Source of the DNA: Octopus vulgaris
Taxonomy: Eukaryota
Reading direction: 5' to 3'
Assembly (NCBI GenBank): GCA_951406725.2
Contig: OX597815.1
Location: 162,006,001 to 162,070,000 of the forward strand
DNA length: 64,000 nucleotides
The notes under the pieces are model-generated. The model was not told the DNA's origin. It worked only from the letters and a program-made list of their open reading frames with translations, and made no database searches. The translations under genes and the position numbers were made by a program. Below, piece after piece: positions 1 through 13,019 of the stretch. Within the stretch, counting starts at the first letter, position 1. Each line of letters starts with the position of its first letter.

Positions 1-475
1 ACCCAAATCATTGAAAACCATCCTAACAAATGCCAAAGTACTGCCAACCACAACAACTAAACCCACAGTAAACAAATGCAATAGACCCAACTGTGGTATA
101 TGCATCAACCAAATAGAAGGTCCAGAATTCCTTTTTAAACAAGGACAACGTTTCACAGTAAAACACAACTTCACATGCGCATCAGAAAACCTAGTATATG
201 TCTTAACTTGCTCGGGCTGTAATGAACACTACATAGGCCAAACTAAAAATAGCCTCCGCCAACGCATGACTGTCCACAGATTTCAAATAAAAATACAGGA
301 ATACAGAAAAATAGCACTTAGTGCACATATTGATACCTGTGCCGCACAACTTCATCCCAATTTTAGAATCTTTCCCCTCTACAAATTTAAAGACAATGCC
401 ACTCATACCCAGCGAATAACCATGGAATCCCACCTTATTAATAAATACAGACCACTTCTAAACACATCCCCCTAA
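1..475 (+). mobile_element. Penelope-like retroelement (Neptune-type) ORF, C-terminal Cys-rich linker plus GIY-YIG endonuclease; continues beyond left edge
   Basis: Frame open from base 2 (PKSLKTILTNAK) to the stop at 475. It has the CxxxxCxxC...C linker, then NLVYVLTCSGCNEHYIGQT (GIY-YIG), LRQRMTVH and terminal E..LI.KY.P.LN, typical of PLE endonucleases. Confidence 0.9.
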
Positions 476-899
476 CACGAACCCACAACAAACACACTTA
501 CACCTGCACACACCCTACATACACTTTTACCCAGATATTAACACCATGACACACGCAAATATATGGTTCCACACATACACATAATTGGATACGGGTGCAA
601 AACATCCAACACTATTTTTGGAAATGACTGTAAATATTGACTTCACACAAACACGTTGCTTCCCGATACAGGCACAAGGCCAGCAGAACTATAAATATTG
701 AAAATTGTACCCACACACGCACACATATATACACGCGCGCGCGCGCGCCCCAACATACATATAAACACACATACATACAGCTCTTCCTGTCCTAAATGAA
801 CTTACTTATCCAGCTCAAATTCAGTCAAGCGGAAAATACACTCCCTAACTACGCGCTAAAAAGCTATTTAAAATATCCAGGTAGGGTGGGGAGTATTTT

Positions 900-1095
900 T
901 ATTGCACAATCAGCAACTAAGTTCCTGCCGTTTTTCAAATTAAAATTTTTTAAAAGGTTTAATAAAAAACTAACAACAAATTAATCAATAATGTATTCAT
1001 CCTTGTTGTTTACAACTTCTTTCCAACGTTCAACAAGATTTTCAATACCTTTTTCGTAGAAATCACCCAATTTCGACTTGAAAAATTGATCCAAC
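900..1095 (-). mobile_element. mariner transposon 3' remnant
   Basis: Minus strand 1093-981 reads LDQFFKSKLGDFYEKGIENLVERWKEVVNNKDEYIID*, the mariner transposase C-terminus. A TIR-like aagttcctgccgttttt lies at about 919-935. Confidence 0.75.
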
Positions 1096-1845
1096 AAAGC
1101 ACGGGGGCAGTCGGAGTTGGATCTCAGCATTCCCTGCTTTACACATGGACAACTGTATTGGGGCTGTTTGAGGGTTGGCTATTTGACAAACCTTTTCTAC
1201 TATGCTCCAGATGGAGTAACAAGGAATGTTGTCTACAAGGCTGCACTCCACTAGCTTTTCCATGCCCTTGAACACCCCGCAAAGTAAGTTAGCTTAAAAT
1301 TAGTTACTTAGTTCCCTAGGTTGTTGCTTATCACCAAAAATCACCCCAAGTTGATTTCCTACATATTTTATCGGATAAACTTATTATTGTCCCAGGTACA
1401 TTCTCATAAACTCATCATGCTTTTCCATCTATATATACCTCCAGCTAACCCATTTGCATGCATCGTTTTTGTCCTGCTTTTCTTCCATCAACCTGTAGAT
1501 AACTGCACCTTCCATTTTTTGTTGTTTTTGTACTGCTTAAAGACACGTTTGTTTCCTGCCAAGCTTACTATTTAAACCATGTTTGTGTTCTCCCAGTCAA
1601 CAGCCTTATCATTACTGGTACTTTAAACTCTTCGGTAGCATATTTGTGTGAATAAAATCGTTTTTCTTTGGTATAGAAAAAAAGTCTATCTTTATTTCGT
1701 CTTTTGTTGGTATCTCAAATTTAGGTCAAATCAGTGTTTCTCAAAGGGGAGGCCTATGGGACGGTTGGACAAGTTGTTTTGAGAAAATTTGGTTTAAATG
1801 TTTGACAACTCAGCACCGTCCATTGGACAGGGGGCTTTTTGCTCG

Positions 1846-1894
<49 letters not shown>

Positions 1895-1895
<1 letters not shown>

Positions 1896-2088
1896 ACAGC
1901 GTGTGTATTGTTGGCAATTTTCTTTCTCCGTCTTGCTTTCTTTGGACTTTTTCTATATTTCTGATGAAGAACTCTGCTTGAAATGTGAAATCCTCTTTCT
2001 TTTCTTTCTTTTTCTGAGCGTCCAATAACACTGTACTTATTCCACGTCCTAACATTGTTGTTTTTTCTTGCTTGTTCATCTTTGGATT

Positions 2089-2092
<4 letters not shown>
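1895..2092 (+). mobile_element. PLE pseudo-LTR-like repeat with decayed minimal hammerhead (1957-1991)
   Basis: ATTT-CTGATGA-A-gaactctgctt-GAAA-TG-TG-AAAT: stem I ATTT/AAAT with core boxes, but degenerate stem II and cleavage site. Flanked by (GT)n and (TA)n. Confidence 0.5.
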
Positions 2093-2138
<46 letters not shown>

Positions 2139-2139
2139 G

Positions 2140-2358
2140 TATCTTAACATGGTTTTGTATGTATATTTACATTATTTTTATCTACCTATATCTTATCATC
2201 TTTAGAATGTATATATATTTGCAATAGTTATATCTACATATATATCTTAAGATCATTTTATTCTATCCATCCATTTTGGGTGCCCACAATTCGTGGGAGG
2301 GTAATGGTGGGGGTGGAGTCGTCAGGCACCTCTTCCATAGAGTCTTACCAGGAGCAAC
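2140..2358 (+). repeat. Unclassified interspersed repeat (truncated copy of 7148-7463)
   Basis: Near-identical to the reverse complement of 7245-7463; both start next to a (TA)n tract. Confidence 0.8.
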
Positions 2359-3171
2359 ACAACAGATTTCTTTCAGTTTCTGCCTATCGAATCCATTCAC
2401 AAGGCTTTGGTTGGTCCAAGGTTATAGCAGAAGACGCCCAATGTCCACACAGTGAAACTGAACCCAAAACCATGTTGTTGGGAAGCAAACTTCTTACCAC
2501 ACAGCCATGCCTGTGCCTATTATAAAAATATAATATGATTTTTTTTTAAACATTAAATGGTCATGAGGGTCCAACCAAGCAAAATAGGGATCAAAAGGTG
2601 TTCCATTGATAAAAAATACGGTTGAGAACTGCTGCTCTACATAGTTGATTAGACTAGTAGAAATAGCAACCAAATCTCACTTAAATAATGCTCAACAATC
2701 TTTGGAAAAAAAACCATTAGATAAAATGAAAAAGAAAGAGACTTTGGACTATGTAGTACTAAATACATCAAAAGAGAAAAAAAAGCAACCAAATGTCACA
2801 TGTGGAACACTTTCAATGCTGAAGCAGATGAGTTGAGGTTGACGCTAAACAATAAAAGAATATCAAATGTACCATTGACAAAAGTCTGCAAGTATATTTA
2901 TCAACAAACATGCGCATAAGTACATAAATACATGTATAGTTTATGCACTAAATTAGATTCACACATTTGGATGTTGTCACAATTGTCAATTTACAAAAAT
3001 CAAACAAGTCTACCTGTGAAAAAAATGTTTAGCTGAGAACTAGAATATTTTGGTGTGTTAATTAGATAAGATTTGTTTATTATTAGATAAGTATAATAGA
3101 TAAGAATTTTAACAAGAATAGATATGGATTATAACAAGTCACACTTCATTCTTTCATCTATTAAGAGAAGT

Positions 3172-3422
3172 GATTTGTGTCCTTGAGCAAGACACTTTAT
3201 TTCACGTTGCTCCAGTCCACTCAGCTGGTAAAAATGAGTTGTACTTGTATTTCAAAGGGTCAGCCTTGTCACTCTCTGTGTCACGCTGATTATCCCCGAG
3301 AACTACGTTAAGGGTACACGTGTCTGTGGAATGCTCAGCCATTTGCACGTTAATTTCACAAGCAAGCTGTTCCGTTGATCGTATCAGCTGGGACCCTCGT
3401 CGTCGTAACCGGCGGAGTCTTT
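3172..3422 (+). mobile_element. 5'-truncated CORE-like SINE
   Basis: gtgtccttgagcaagacactttatttcacgttgctccagtccactcagctg core shared with 8958-9220, 31125-31315 and 32515-32772; its tail is distinct. Confidence 0.7.
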
Positions 3423-4041
3423 GAGAAGAGAAGTGATTAGAGAAGTGTTATTACCTCCTCCCACTACCACCCATACACAAAGCTTGCAACCAAAGCAATA
3501 ATACTCTTCGATCTTCTCAACCGTCAAACAAAGGGCAATAGCTCAAAATGTTAAATTCCTAACCTCCACACAATTGATCAAAGTACTGAATTTTCCCATG
3601 GATTATTTTTTGCTAATGTTTCTATGAATTCTAAATTTTGCCCACTTTCATGTTATTTTTGTTCAGTCACAGCTCATTTCTGATTCAAAATAACTATGAC
3701 TCAAAATGGTTCCAACTATGGTCAACCCATTTTTTTATTCTTCAAAACATAATTTACGTTTCTGAAACTGCCTTATCCAACATGACCTTCACCTTTTAAA
3801 GATGTTGAATATTATTTAACCCTCTAGCATTTAATCCAGCCATATCTAACCCAAATATACACCCTGTTTTATGTTAAAACTGACTGGATCTAACCTCTTA
3901 TACTTCAACATTACCCAGAAAAGGATGGTGGGGGCAGTGTCTACAGCTGCCAGTGTAGGCTACAGTGAAATGGTGGCCAACAAACAGTAACCAGCAATTC
4001 ACACCAAATGCTAAGGTCTAATGTTAAATCACACATTAATG

Positions 4042-4415
4042 TTACACGACAATGCATGTGCACATACAGCTAGTCACATCATTGATACATTGAGTTTTGA
4101 GTTGCTGGAACACCCTGCATGCAGTCCAGATCTTGCCCCTTCTGACTATCACCCCTTTGGACCACTCAAACATCCTTTATAAGGTTGTCAATCTATTTCA
4201 GACAAAGAAGGGCAGGAAGAAGTGTATAAATGGCTGCACAACCAGTCACAACCCTTCTTGTCCAATGGAATAAGCAAGCTTATGGATGGCTAGAAAAATT
4301 GCATTGAAAAGCAAGGAGATTGTATAAAAAAAATTTAGCAATTATTCATTTCCTGATTTTGTATTAATAAATTACAGAAACAAGAGTGAATATGATTTTT
4401 GACTTACTTTCGTAT
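4042..4415 (+). pseudogene. mariner (D,D34D-type) transposase catalytic and C-terminal remnant with 3' TIR
   Basis: Frame from 4042 reads LHDNACAHTA...LEHPACSPDLAPSDYHPFGPLK...NGISKLMDG*KNCIEKQGD, with two in-frame stops. Matches the HDNARPH and YSPDLAPSDY motifs. Confidence 0.88.
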
Positions 4416-4499
4416 ATACATAATCCTCATCATTATCATTCTCATCATTATCATTTTAAAATTCACTTTTCCACACTTAGATGGATCAGACTTGCATGT

Positions 4500-6780
4500 T
4501 TCAGACATCATTGCAACAGTAAACAAAGCCAACTATTCTGCAGTAGGTCCTGATTGATTCCCAGCTAGAGTTCTAAAGGAATTCAGTGACCAGCTTGCAT
4601 CCCCTCTGACCGACTTCTGAAAGAAAATTTTTAGACTCAACAATGCATTTCTTATCTCAGTATCTCAACCCAGTCTTCAAAAGGAAAACAGGTTACTTGA
4701 AGCTCTATCACCCAATCTCATTCACTTCTGATATCATCAAAGTATTTGAGACGGAGGTGAGATGAAGAATGACTGACCTCCTGGGGTAGTAACAATCTCC
4801 TAAATTCCAACCTGTATGACTTTCAATGGGATAAAGACTTCTACATCACTTTGATGACATTCTTAGAATTTTGAAAGTGGGCACAAACACTGATTTTTAC
4901 ATATCTTAACTTCATCAAAACCTTTGACCGAGTCAACTACAACATCCTAATGTTAAAGCTATCCAACACAGAAATCCAAGAAAAACAGCTGCCCTGGATT
5001 AAGTATTCACTAATGAAGAGAACCTAGCATGTTGTAATCAATGGAATCCAGTTAGGCTCAGCAAAATCATCAGGAGAGTTCCCCAAAAGACTATATTCGG
5101 TCCTCTTTTTTTTCATTGTAATAATAAATGCAAAACGAATTTCTGTGTGTCAGCATGTCACACTTTGACCCCTCTCTCACTACTCAATGACACTTCTGCT
5201 ATTTCTCCTGCTGGGGTGAGACTAATAGTAGTCATAGTGACTGTGAGGGCAGTAGTAGATTGACTGTAGTGATGGTAATGGGGGCGATAGTAATAGTATG
5301 AGCAGTAGTTGTGATAGAGGTAGAGGTGATGGTGATGATTGTGGTGGTGGTGTGGTAGCTGAGGCAGTGAGGGATGAGGGTGATAGTAAGTGATGCGAAA
5401 GACAGTGGTGATGGTGGTGAAGGGGAAGGCAGCAAAGTCAAAGGTATTGATGGTGGTGGCATCAGAAGTCTGAATGGTGTGTGTATAGCAGTTGTGCTGG
5501 TACTGGTGATGGTAATGATTGAAAAAAATCAACAGAAAGAGAGAGTGAGAGAGAGAGAGAGAGAGAGAGAAAAGAGGTTAGACAGAAAAAAATTGTACAG
5601 ACCCCCGAATGGTAAGACAAAAAATGTTGTTTATCATGCAGCTTTGCAATAAGTTACAAGTTGATAAAATATATTATTGTTTTGATGAAAATTGTTCATT
5701 GCTTGAAAAATATTTGTCAAGTTTGATATGATTTGATATGTATTCAATGCATGAAGTGTCATTGTTGGGCCAAAGGCTCAATGCAGATCCCTCCACAGGA
5801 GCTAGCTTAAAAGTCACTGTATTTACAGTAATGTATATAAATGATATCTCAAATGTCATGAAGCATAGGAAAATATAATTATTTGCTGATGACTCCAAGC
5901 TTATCAATGGAGAAGAAAACCAAACAAAATTTCAGTTTCATTAACATGTTGTAAGTGAATGGGCAGATAGAAACATGTGGCTAAATGTGGGAATATTTGA
6001 ACTCAGTTGTTTTGGAAAAGAGAATATGACCAAACAACCATGCTCTCTTCTTTCATGACAATCAATCATGGCATTGAATATCATCTGATACTTAGTGGTA
6101 ATTGTTGATAACAACCTCAGCTACTGCACTCATATCAACAATAAAGGCAAAAGGCTTGCAAGGTAAGCTCCTGGTTCCTCAGGACTTTCTGGTCTAGAAA
6201 GACAGATGTCATCGTCCCTCTTTTCTTCTACATTGTATAGTCATACCTGGAATACTGTTGCCAGTCTGTGGTCTTCCCATACCAAACAAAACATTATGAA
6301 ACTGAAAATTGAGGCACCCAAAAAGCAATTACGAAAAAAATAATAAATTTGCATAACTGATCCTGATTATTGGAACCATCTTCAAACATTGAAACTCCAT
6401 TCTCTCTAACACAGCCATGAATGCTATATTTGCAAAATGTAGAGAATATACCACTAGCATTGCCCAAATGACCTTAACATCAAGTTTACAGTTCATCTAA
6501 GACTGGGACCACATGCCATATGCCCCCTACACACAAATCAGGCTCACAACCCATAACCACATTGCAGTGCTATTCCTTTTCCTCAAAAGGCCCTATTCTA
6601 TTTAATATTATCCCAAAACAAATCATAGAGGGAAAAGGTCCTATAACCTTCAAATGATATCTAGACAAATTTCCTCAAGAGATACCAGACAAACCACTAT
6701 ACTCGGAGACATCTCAATCAATAACAACTCCCATGACTTAAAAATGATTTTAAAAATTCTATCAGGTGGTTCTATAGTCA
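4500..6780 (+). pseudogene. Decayed CR1/L2-type LINE reverse transcriptase, split by an insertion at about 5130-5805
   Basis: Ordered RT motifs: GPD*FPARVLKEFSDQLASPL (about 4545), YHPISFTSDIIKVFE (about 4705), YLNFIKTFDRV (about 4902), VPQKTIFGPL (about 5078), YINDI...LFADDSKL (5835-5902), LVVIVDNNLS (about 6092), LEYCC (about 6247). Many stops and frameshifts. Confidence 0.82.
5130..5805 (+). mobile_element. Possible non-autonomous Helitron-like insertion with low-complexity (GGT/GAT) interior
   Basis: Interrupts the LINE RT between the GPL and FADD motifs and ends in ggagCTAG at about 5805. The termini are decayed. Confidence 0.35.
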
Positions 6781-7147
6781 GGTATCCATTGTCTGGGCCA
6801 ATTTTGGCTAAATCGTATTGACGTTAATCAAATTTAAGTTTATATGTATGTGTGTGTGGGTGTGTATGAAAGTAAGCATGTGACAGGCTTTCATATAGCT
6901 TCTATTCACAATTATACTCTTGGTTAGCATAGGGCTTTAACAGAAGACACTTACAAGGTGTCATGCTGTGTAACTGAACCTGGAATCATATAGTTGTGCA
7001 GTAAACTTCTTAACCTCACGGCCATACTTAAAGCCAACTAAAAGAATCAATTAATTATGTTTAAATTTATAATAACAGCTTCGAATTTTGGCACAGGGCC
7101 AGCAATTTTTGTGGGGAGAGGTTAGTCAATTACATTGACTCCAGTAC

Positions 7148-7459
7148 TTGTCTGGAGTTAGGAGTGGACCACAAACAAGATAGTTGGGTGATATCCATGG
7201 CTTCAGTTGATTGTGCTTCGGAATCCAGCAGAAAAGCATAATGGCAGTTGCTCCTGGTAAGATCCTATGGAGGAGGTGCCTGACGACTCCACCCCCACCA
7301 TTACCCTCCCATGAATAGCGGGCACCAGAAATGGATGGATGGAATAAAAGGATCTTAAGATATATATGTAGATGTAAATATTGCAAATATACATTCTAAA
7401 GATGAGGATAAGATACAGGTAAATAAAAATAATGTAAATATACACACAAAACCATGTTA

Positions 7460-7463
<4 letters not shown>
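7148..7463 (-). repeat. Unclassified interspersed repeat with GC-rich structured segment, possibly a retroelement 5' region
   Basis: Inverted copy of 2140-2358, extending about 100 nt further. Confidence 0.75.
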
Positions 7464-7516
<53 letters not shown>

Positions 7517-7520
<4 letters not shown>

Positions 7521-7801
7521 CGTGACCAACCAGGCTATCAGATGTTGCTACACATCACTGGTCACAATGCGCTTCGCATTGTTTTAGCCTTCAAATGACA
7601 CCACCCCGCCAACTGCAGAAAGAGTGAGAGAAAGTTATAGTGAAAGAGTACAGTAGGGATCGCCATCACCCCCTGCCAGAGCCTCAAGGAGCTTTAGGTG
7701 TTTTCCCTCAATAAACACTCACAATGCCGGGTCTGGGAATTAAAACTGCAATCCTACAACCATGAGTCTGCTGCCTAACCACTGGGCCATTGCACCTCCA
7801 C
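7517..7801 (-). mobile_element. tRNA-derived SINE, head A with tail type 1
   Basis: Minus strand starts gtggaggtgcaatggcccagtggttagg (A box), then a decayed B box and the shared aaaacacctaaagctcc...ctttctctcactctt core. Confidence 0.85.
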
Positions 7802-7896
<95 letters not shown>

Positions 7897-8208
7897 CATA
7901 TATATATATTGACTGCAGTGCTCATCTGTGTGTGCATGTTACTCATTTTATCTATCTCGAAATAATGAAAGGCAAAGATGACCACAGTGGAATTTGAACT
8001 CAGAACATAAAGACATATGAAATGCCACCAGGCATTGTTCAGCATGCTGAAAATTCTGCTAGCTCACCACCTTATTTAAATTTATAATAATATTATATTA
8101 ACAAAGAGAATAAGAGTTCAATGACCAAATGACAGCTATAGATATTGATTGATTTTATTTCTTAAATACAAAGCTAATTGTTTTGAAGAGTTGCACAGGA
8201 ATTTTTGT

Positions 8209-8748
8209 TTAACCCTTTAGCATTCAGATTACTCTGTTAAATATAATGTTTATTTGTTCACATTGTTTTGAATTAATCCTGCATTATCTCGTAACTTCAA
8301 GATTTGATGATATGATTGTACATTCTTAGGATAATATTGTAGGGTAGGTGTGAAAGATGGAATCTGGATGATTTGAGCATAAAACAGGTAGAATATTTGG
8401 GCTGGATATGTTTGTTCCTTCTCAAGCCATGCCTGGCTCATAGGACCGTTTTCCTGGTTTCCTTGGTGTATAGGTACCCCATCTGGATGGGACGCCGGTC
8501 CATCACAGGTGAGCTGCAAGATGTAGGAGGAAAGAGTGAGAGAAAGTTGTGGCGAAAGAGTCAGCAGAAGTTCGCCATTACCTTCTGCTGGAGCCGCATG
8601 GAGCTTAGGTCTTTCGCTCATAAACACACACATTGCTCAGTCTGGATTCGAACCCATGATCTCTCAACCGTGAGCCAGCTGCTCTTACCACTAGGCCATG
8701 TTCCTCCACTTGAGCCAGATATAACTGGATTAAATGCTAAAGGGTTAA
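8209..8748. mobile_element. piggyBac-type MITE (family 1) containing a nested SINE
   Basis: TTAA-CCCTTTAGCATT ... AATGCTAAAGGG-TTAA termini. Other copies at about 9298-9518, 13020-13247, 3816-3905 and 21120-21775. Confidence 0.85.
8410..8709 (-). mobile_element. tRNA-derived SINE, head A with V-domain-like tail (type 2)
   Basis: A box tggcctagtgg and B box ggttcgaatcc on the minus strand; tail gtgatggaccggcgtcccatccag...gaaaccaggaaaacgg. Same family as 42087-42406. Confidence 0.88.
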
Positions 8749-8957
8749 TCTTATTGTTACTGGTGCTTATTTTGTCTACCCTAGAAGTTTGAAATGTGAT
8801 ATCAATCAGTAACTCAAAAATGAAAGTGAGTGATGGTAGTGGCTACAGTGACAGTGACAATGATAACAACAAGAACAACAATAACAAAACAACAACAATG
8901 AAGTAGACCTAAGTATTGCCTATGTTTCTTTTTTGTTTCAAGTTATATTAACACTTT

Positions 8958-9220
8958 GTGGAGGCGCATGGCTTAGTGGTTAGAGTGTCAGCATCAGGAT
9001 CATACGATTGTGGTTTCAATTCCTGGACTGGGCGACGCGTTGTGTTTTTGAGCAAAACACTTCATTTCATGTTGCTCCAGTCCACTCTGCTGGCAAAAAT
9101 GAGTAACGCTGCGATGGACTGGCATCCCATCCAGCTGGAGAACACATACGCCATTGAAACCGGGAAACCGGGCCCATGATCCTGGCTAGGCTTTAGAGGG
9201 GTGCATTTATTTATTATTTA
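8958..9220 (+). mobile_element. tRNA-derived CORE-like SINE with V-like tail
   Basis: tggcttagtgg A box, gtttcaattcc B box, ttgagcaaaacacttc core, gcgatggactggcatcccatccag tail and (TTA)n end. Inverse copy at 32515-32772. Confidence 0.85.
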
Positions 9221-9789
9221 CATTAGCACTTTAGCATTTAATTCAACTTGAAACATCCATCGAATGTAAATAATGTAAATAATGTGCATAATGTACTTTA
9301 GCATTTAATCCAGCCAAATTTGGCCCTAATATTCTATATGTTTTATGCTCAAACTGGCCAGATCTGGCCTCTCACACCTACCCAACATTTGTCATTCTAA
9401 ACATAAACAGTAACATCAATGAAATCTGAAAGCTATGAGATAACACATGATTAGTTCAAAATAATGTCAATGAATAAGCGTTACATTTGACAGGATAATC
9501 TGAGTTTTAAAGGGTTAAATGCTACAAAAAATTATACAATTCTGTTATATCTAATAAAAGCACCAAGTTAAATCTGAACAAATGTAAGAGACTTCAGGGT
9601 AGTTGCCAGACATAAGGCTCAGGTATGGCCATATGTTTATGAAGTTTGCTTCCCAATCACACAGCTGCAGATTCAGTCTTGCTGTGTGGTTCTTTGGAAA
9701 AGTGTCTTCTGCTAGTGCCTTAAGCCAACCAAAGCCTTGTGACAGGATTTGGCTGATGGAAACGAAAAGAAACATGTCATTCATATATA

Positions 9790-9800
9790 TGTGTGTGTAT

Positions 9801-9837
<37 letters not shown>

Positions 9838-10026
9838 TGTGTGTGCATGCGAATATGAGTGAGAGACAAAGAATGTGTGTTTGTGTGTGTATGTGTGTGT
9901 GTATATGTGTGTGCACATATGAGTAAGAGACAAAGAATGTGTATGTGTGCATGTGCACATGCATATGAGTGAGAGACAAAGAGTGTGTGTGTGTGTGTAT
10001 GCGCATATGAGTAAGAGATAAAGAAT

Positions 10027-10061
<35 letters not shown>

Positions 10062-10141
10062 TGTATGTGTGTGCACATATGAGTGAGAGACAAAGAATGT
10101 GTGTCGGTGTACATGTGCGCGTGCATGTGAGTGAGAGACAA

Positions 10142-10204
<63 letters not shown>

Positions 10205-10216
10205 GTGTGTGTGTGT
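9790..10216. repeat. Compound minisatellite: (GT)n spacers plus recurring catatgagtgagagacaaagaat
   Basis: The motif recurs six times (about 9853, 9915, 9962, 10004, 10076, 10124) with variable GT spacers. Confidence 0.85.
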
Positions 10217-10518
10217 TAAAACAAAGACTGAAATATGTGGAACTATTTTAACTCTGTGTTGCATATGTTACATTACATTATGGTTAATACATTCCAGGAA
10301 AAAAATATTAATGTCAATAATAATATAAATATAATAAATTCATAATAACTTGCATTGCAGTCCTTTCTATATATACCATCATCATCATCGTTCATCATCA
10401 TTTAATGTCCACCTTCCATGCTGGCATGGGTGGAATGGTTAGGCAGGAACTGGCCAGGCAGAAGCCTATACCAGACTTCTGTGACTGTTTTAGCAGGATT
10501 TTTACAGCTGGATGCCTT

Positions 10519-10850
10519 TATATGAGACAAGGTATAAATAATGGTCTTTACATATTTTTCCTTCATTAGAGTAAAATTAGCTTACAGTTGTTTCCAGTTC
10601 GTTACTGATAGGCTTACTCAATTGATCTATTGACCAGTTGAGAAAAATTGAATGACTTTAAAAAAATTTATGTTACTTTCATCAGAGCCATTTCTGATTA
10701 TAACTAGGTTGTTTAATTTTTCTCAACTGATCCAGCTGAGTAAACTTATCAATAACGTGCCTATAATGACTACTGAAACAGCTGTAAGCCAAATTTGCTC
10801 TAATAAAGGGAAAATAGGTAATGACCATTATTTATATCTCGTCTTATGTA
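10519..10850. repeat. Foldback element (about 130-bp diverged arms) carrying a hammerhead-like core
   Basis: 10519-10652 is the reverse complement of 10712-10850. The minus strand gives GGCT-CTGATGA...GAAA-CAACTG-TA-AGCT (10689-10579). Confidence 0.75.
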
Positions 10851-11099
10851 TCACACTCTGTAAAAACCAGTTTGACTGGAGCCCAACCATGAATTTACAA
10901 GATAGAATTGGGATAAACCAGAACCTCAGACCCTACTATAACAATACTTGGAGTCCTTCACTAATCTAAAAAATACTGTCAGTCTGGTGTGCCAACAAAG
11001 AGCTTATGAAGTATTTTGCTCAGATTGATAATCCTTCACTTCAGCTCTGTTTTGTGAGTGCATGTGTGTGTGTGTGTATATAACATGCATACATACATA

Positions 11100-11220
11100 C
11101 AAACAAACAAAAATACCCTGTTGTTAATGTTGAAATTCCAATGAAGGGACCTTGGATCTAGGTTAGAAACCAGTTCTTTCTTTATTGGCAAGAAAACTTG
11201 AAATAAACTGAATAATGACA
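11100..11220 (-). repeat. About 110-bp element embedded in (ATGT)n microsatellite
   Basis: Reverse complement matches 22875-22985; a partial copy lies at 63632-63658. Confidence 0.8.
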
Positions 11221-13019
11221 TACATACATACATACATACATACATACATACATACATCCATCCATCCATACATACATACATACATGCATACATGCATACA
11301 TGCATACATGCATACATACATACATGTGTGTGTATTTATGTGAGTTCATATTAAAATTCAGCTTCACATGTGTTTTCTGGTTGAACACAATGGCCTTGTA
11401 AGCAGTGTCATTTGCTTGCAATCCACCACAAAAACATGTCTGGGTTTCTTGACATGTTGTGTGAACTCAGCAGACAAAAGTCTCATTCAACTGATGAAAT
11501 TTGTTTCCAGTTCACTGTGCAACCATATTCAGACTTTGTTGTCCAATAGACTGGAAGATTGTTACCTCACTGTGAAACCAGTGAGAGTTGGCTTCAGAAA
11601 GAGCATCTGGCTGTAGAAAACTCTGTATCAACTTACCTTCCATCTGACTCATGCAAGCATGAGAAAGTAGATGCTAAGCTGATGATGATAATAATAACCT
11701 TATCATTTATCATTTACCACTTTATCATTCATATAGTAGAAATTTTTCTTTTGAATATCTGTGAATATATTTGTTTATGAAAAAACCTCGCCTTCTATAT
11801 TCTCAGGTTACTTGTATACTTTTATACATTATAGGTTACAGAGCCCGTAGAAACTATTTTCATAACAATGTAAATGGTTGTGACAAGTTTGAATATTTCC
11901 TGTTGTAGTAAGTATATTTGTTACTAAGTATAAACAACATAATTAGTTAGTGAAATACCATTTCCTGAAAGGTTATAGGTAGGTTATATTTTATAAACAA
12001 AGACATTATTTTTTAAAGCGTTAACTTCTTGCTTTTTCTATTTGTTTTCCTTTCTATTCTTTTCTTTTTTTTTCTTTTTGAATGAATTCATAAATATAAG
12101 ATCAGCTATTATAGACGTCTACAAAATAATGAATGAACAAAGTTCATGAAAGTACGAATCTATATTGGTATTACTTGATCAATCAATAATGTTACGAGGG
12201 AGAAATCTAGTGCATCTACAGATCAATACAAATTTTGAAAAGCTATGCTACAGATCAATAATCATAACATATGTTTATTCATTTTGCGTTGTTGTTTTAC
12301 TTTTGATTTTTTTTTTTATTCTTCCATCAGAGATGTCAAAAAAAGTAGATAAGGTACTTATTAGTTTAAAACAAAAAACAACAAAACTGAAAAAGTAAAC
12401 AAGGCTTTTAAGTCCTATTTCAGTGTCAGTCTTTGAAGGCATTCAAATGTCCTCTTGCCTTGCAACACTGATCCAAACGGTCATAATTATATTGTTACAA
12501 TGTTATGATACAGGTATTTAAAACAAAATAGGAAATGAGTAAGTGTTGTGTAATAACTATTTCCTTCCTTTCTGTCTGATCCGCACTGTGTTAACTGTTC
12601 GCTTGATACCTGTTTGTCTGATCTTTCATCTGAGCATGATTTCAATCAGAAAGCTACATCAATTTTAATACAATGCATTGATTCTCTCGGTCTGCAAATA
12701 CTTCGTATTAGTTAGTCATACATAATTAACAGAGACCATTAACTCTTTTGAAGCCAACTCACTCGAGACTACCTTTGGTTCTTTTCATTTTGAATTAAAA
12801 CCTTTCATCATAATTCTACATGAAGAACCTTTTATTAAATGGTGTTCCAACCACCAACTTAATAATGGGGAAATTAGTCATTTTACTAATTTCACCAAAT
12901 TTTTTATTGTTTTAAAAATTAATTGCAATACATGGATGGCATATTTTGTTAGAAATATGAACATAAAAAAGGTTAAACAGCCAAAATTTTCTGATATGTT
13001 TTTTGCAAGAAGCTACCAC

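Noticed and set aside
1320-1650. Possible RLE-type LINE fragment on the minus strand
   Set aside because: Only vague similarity; no motif reads through.
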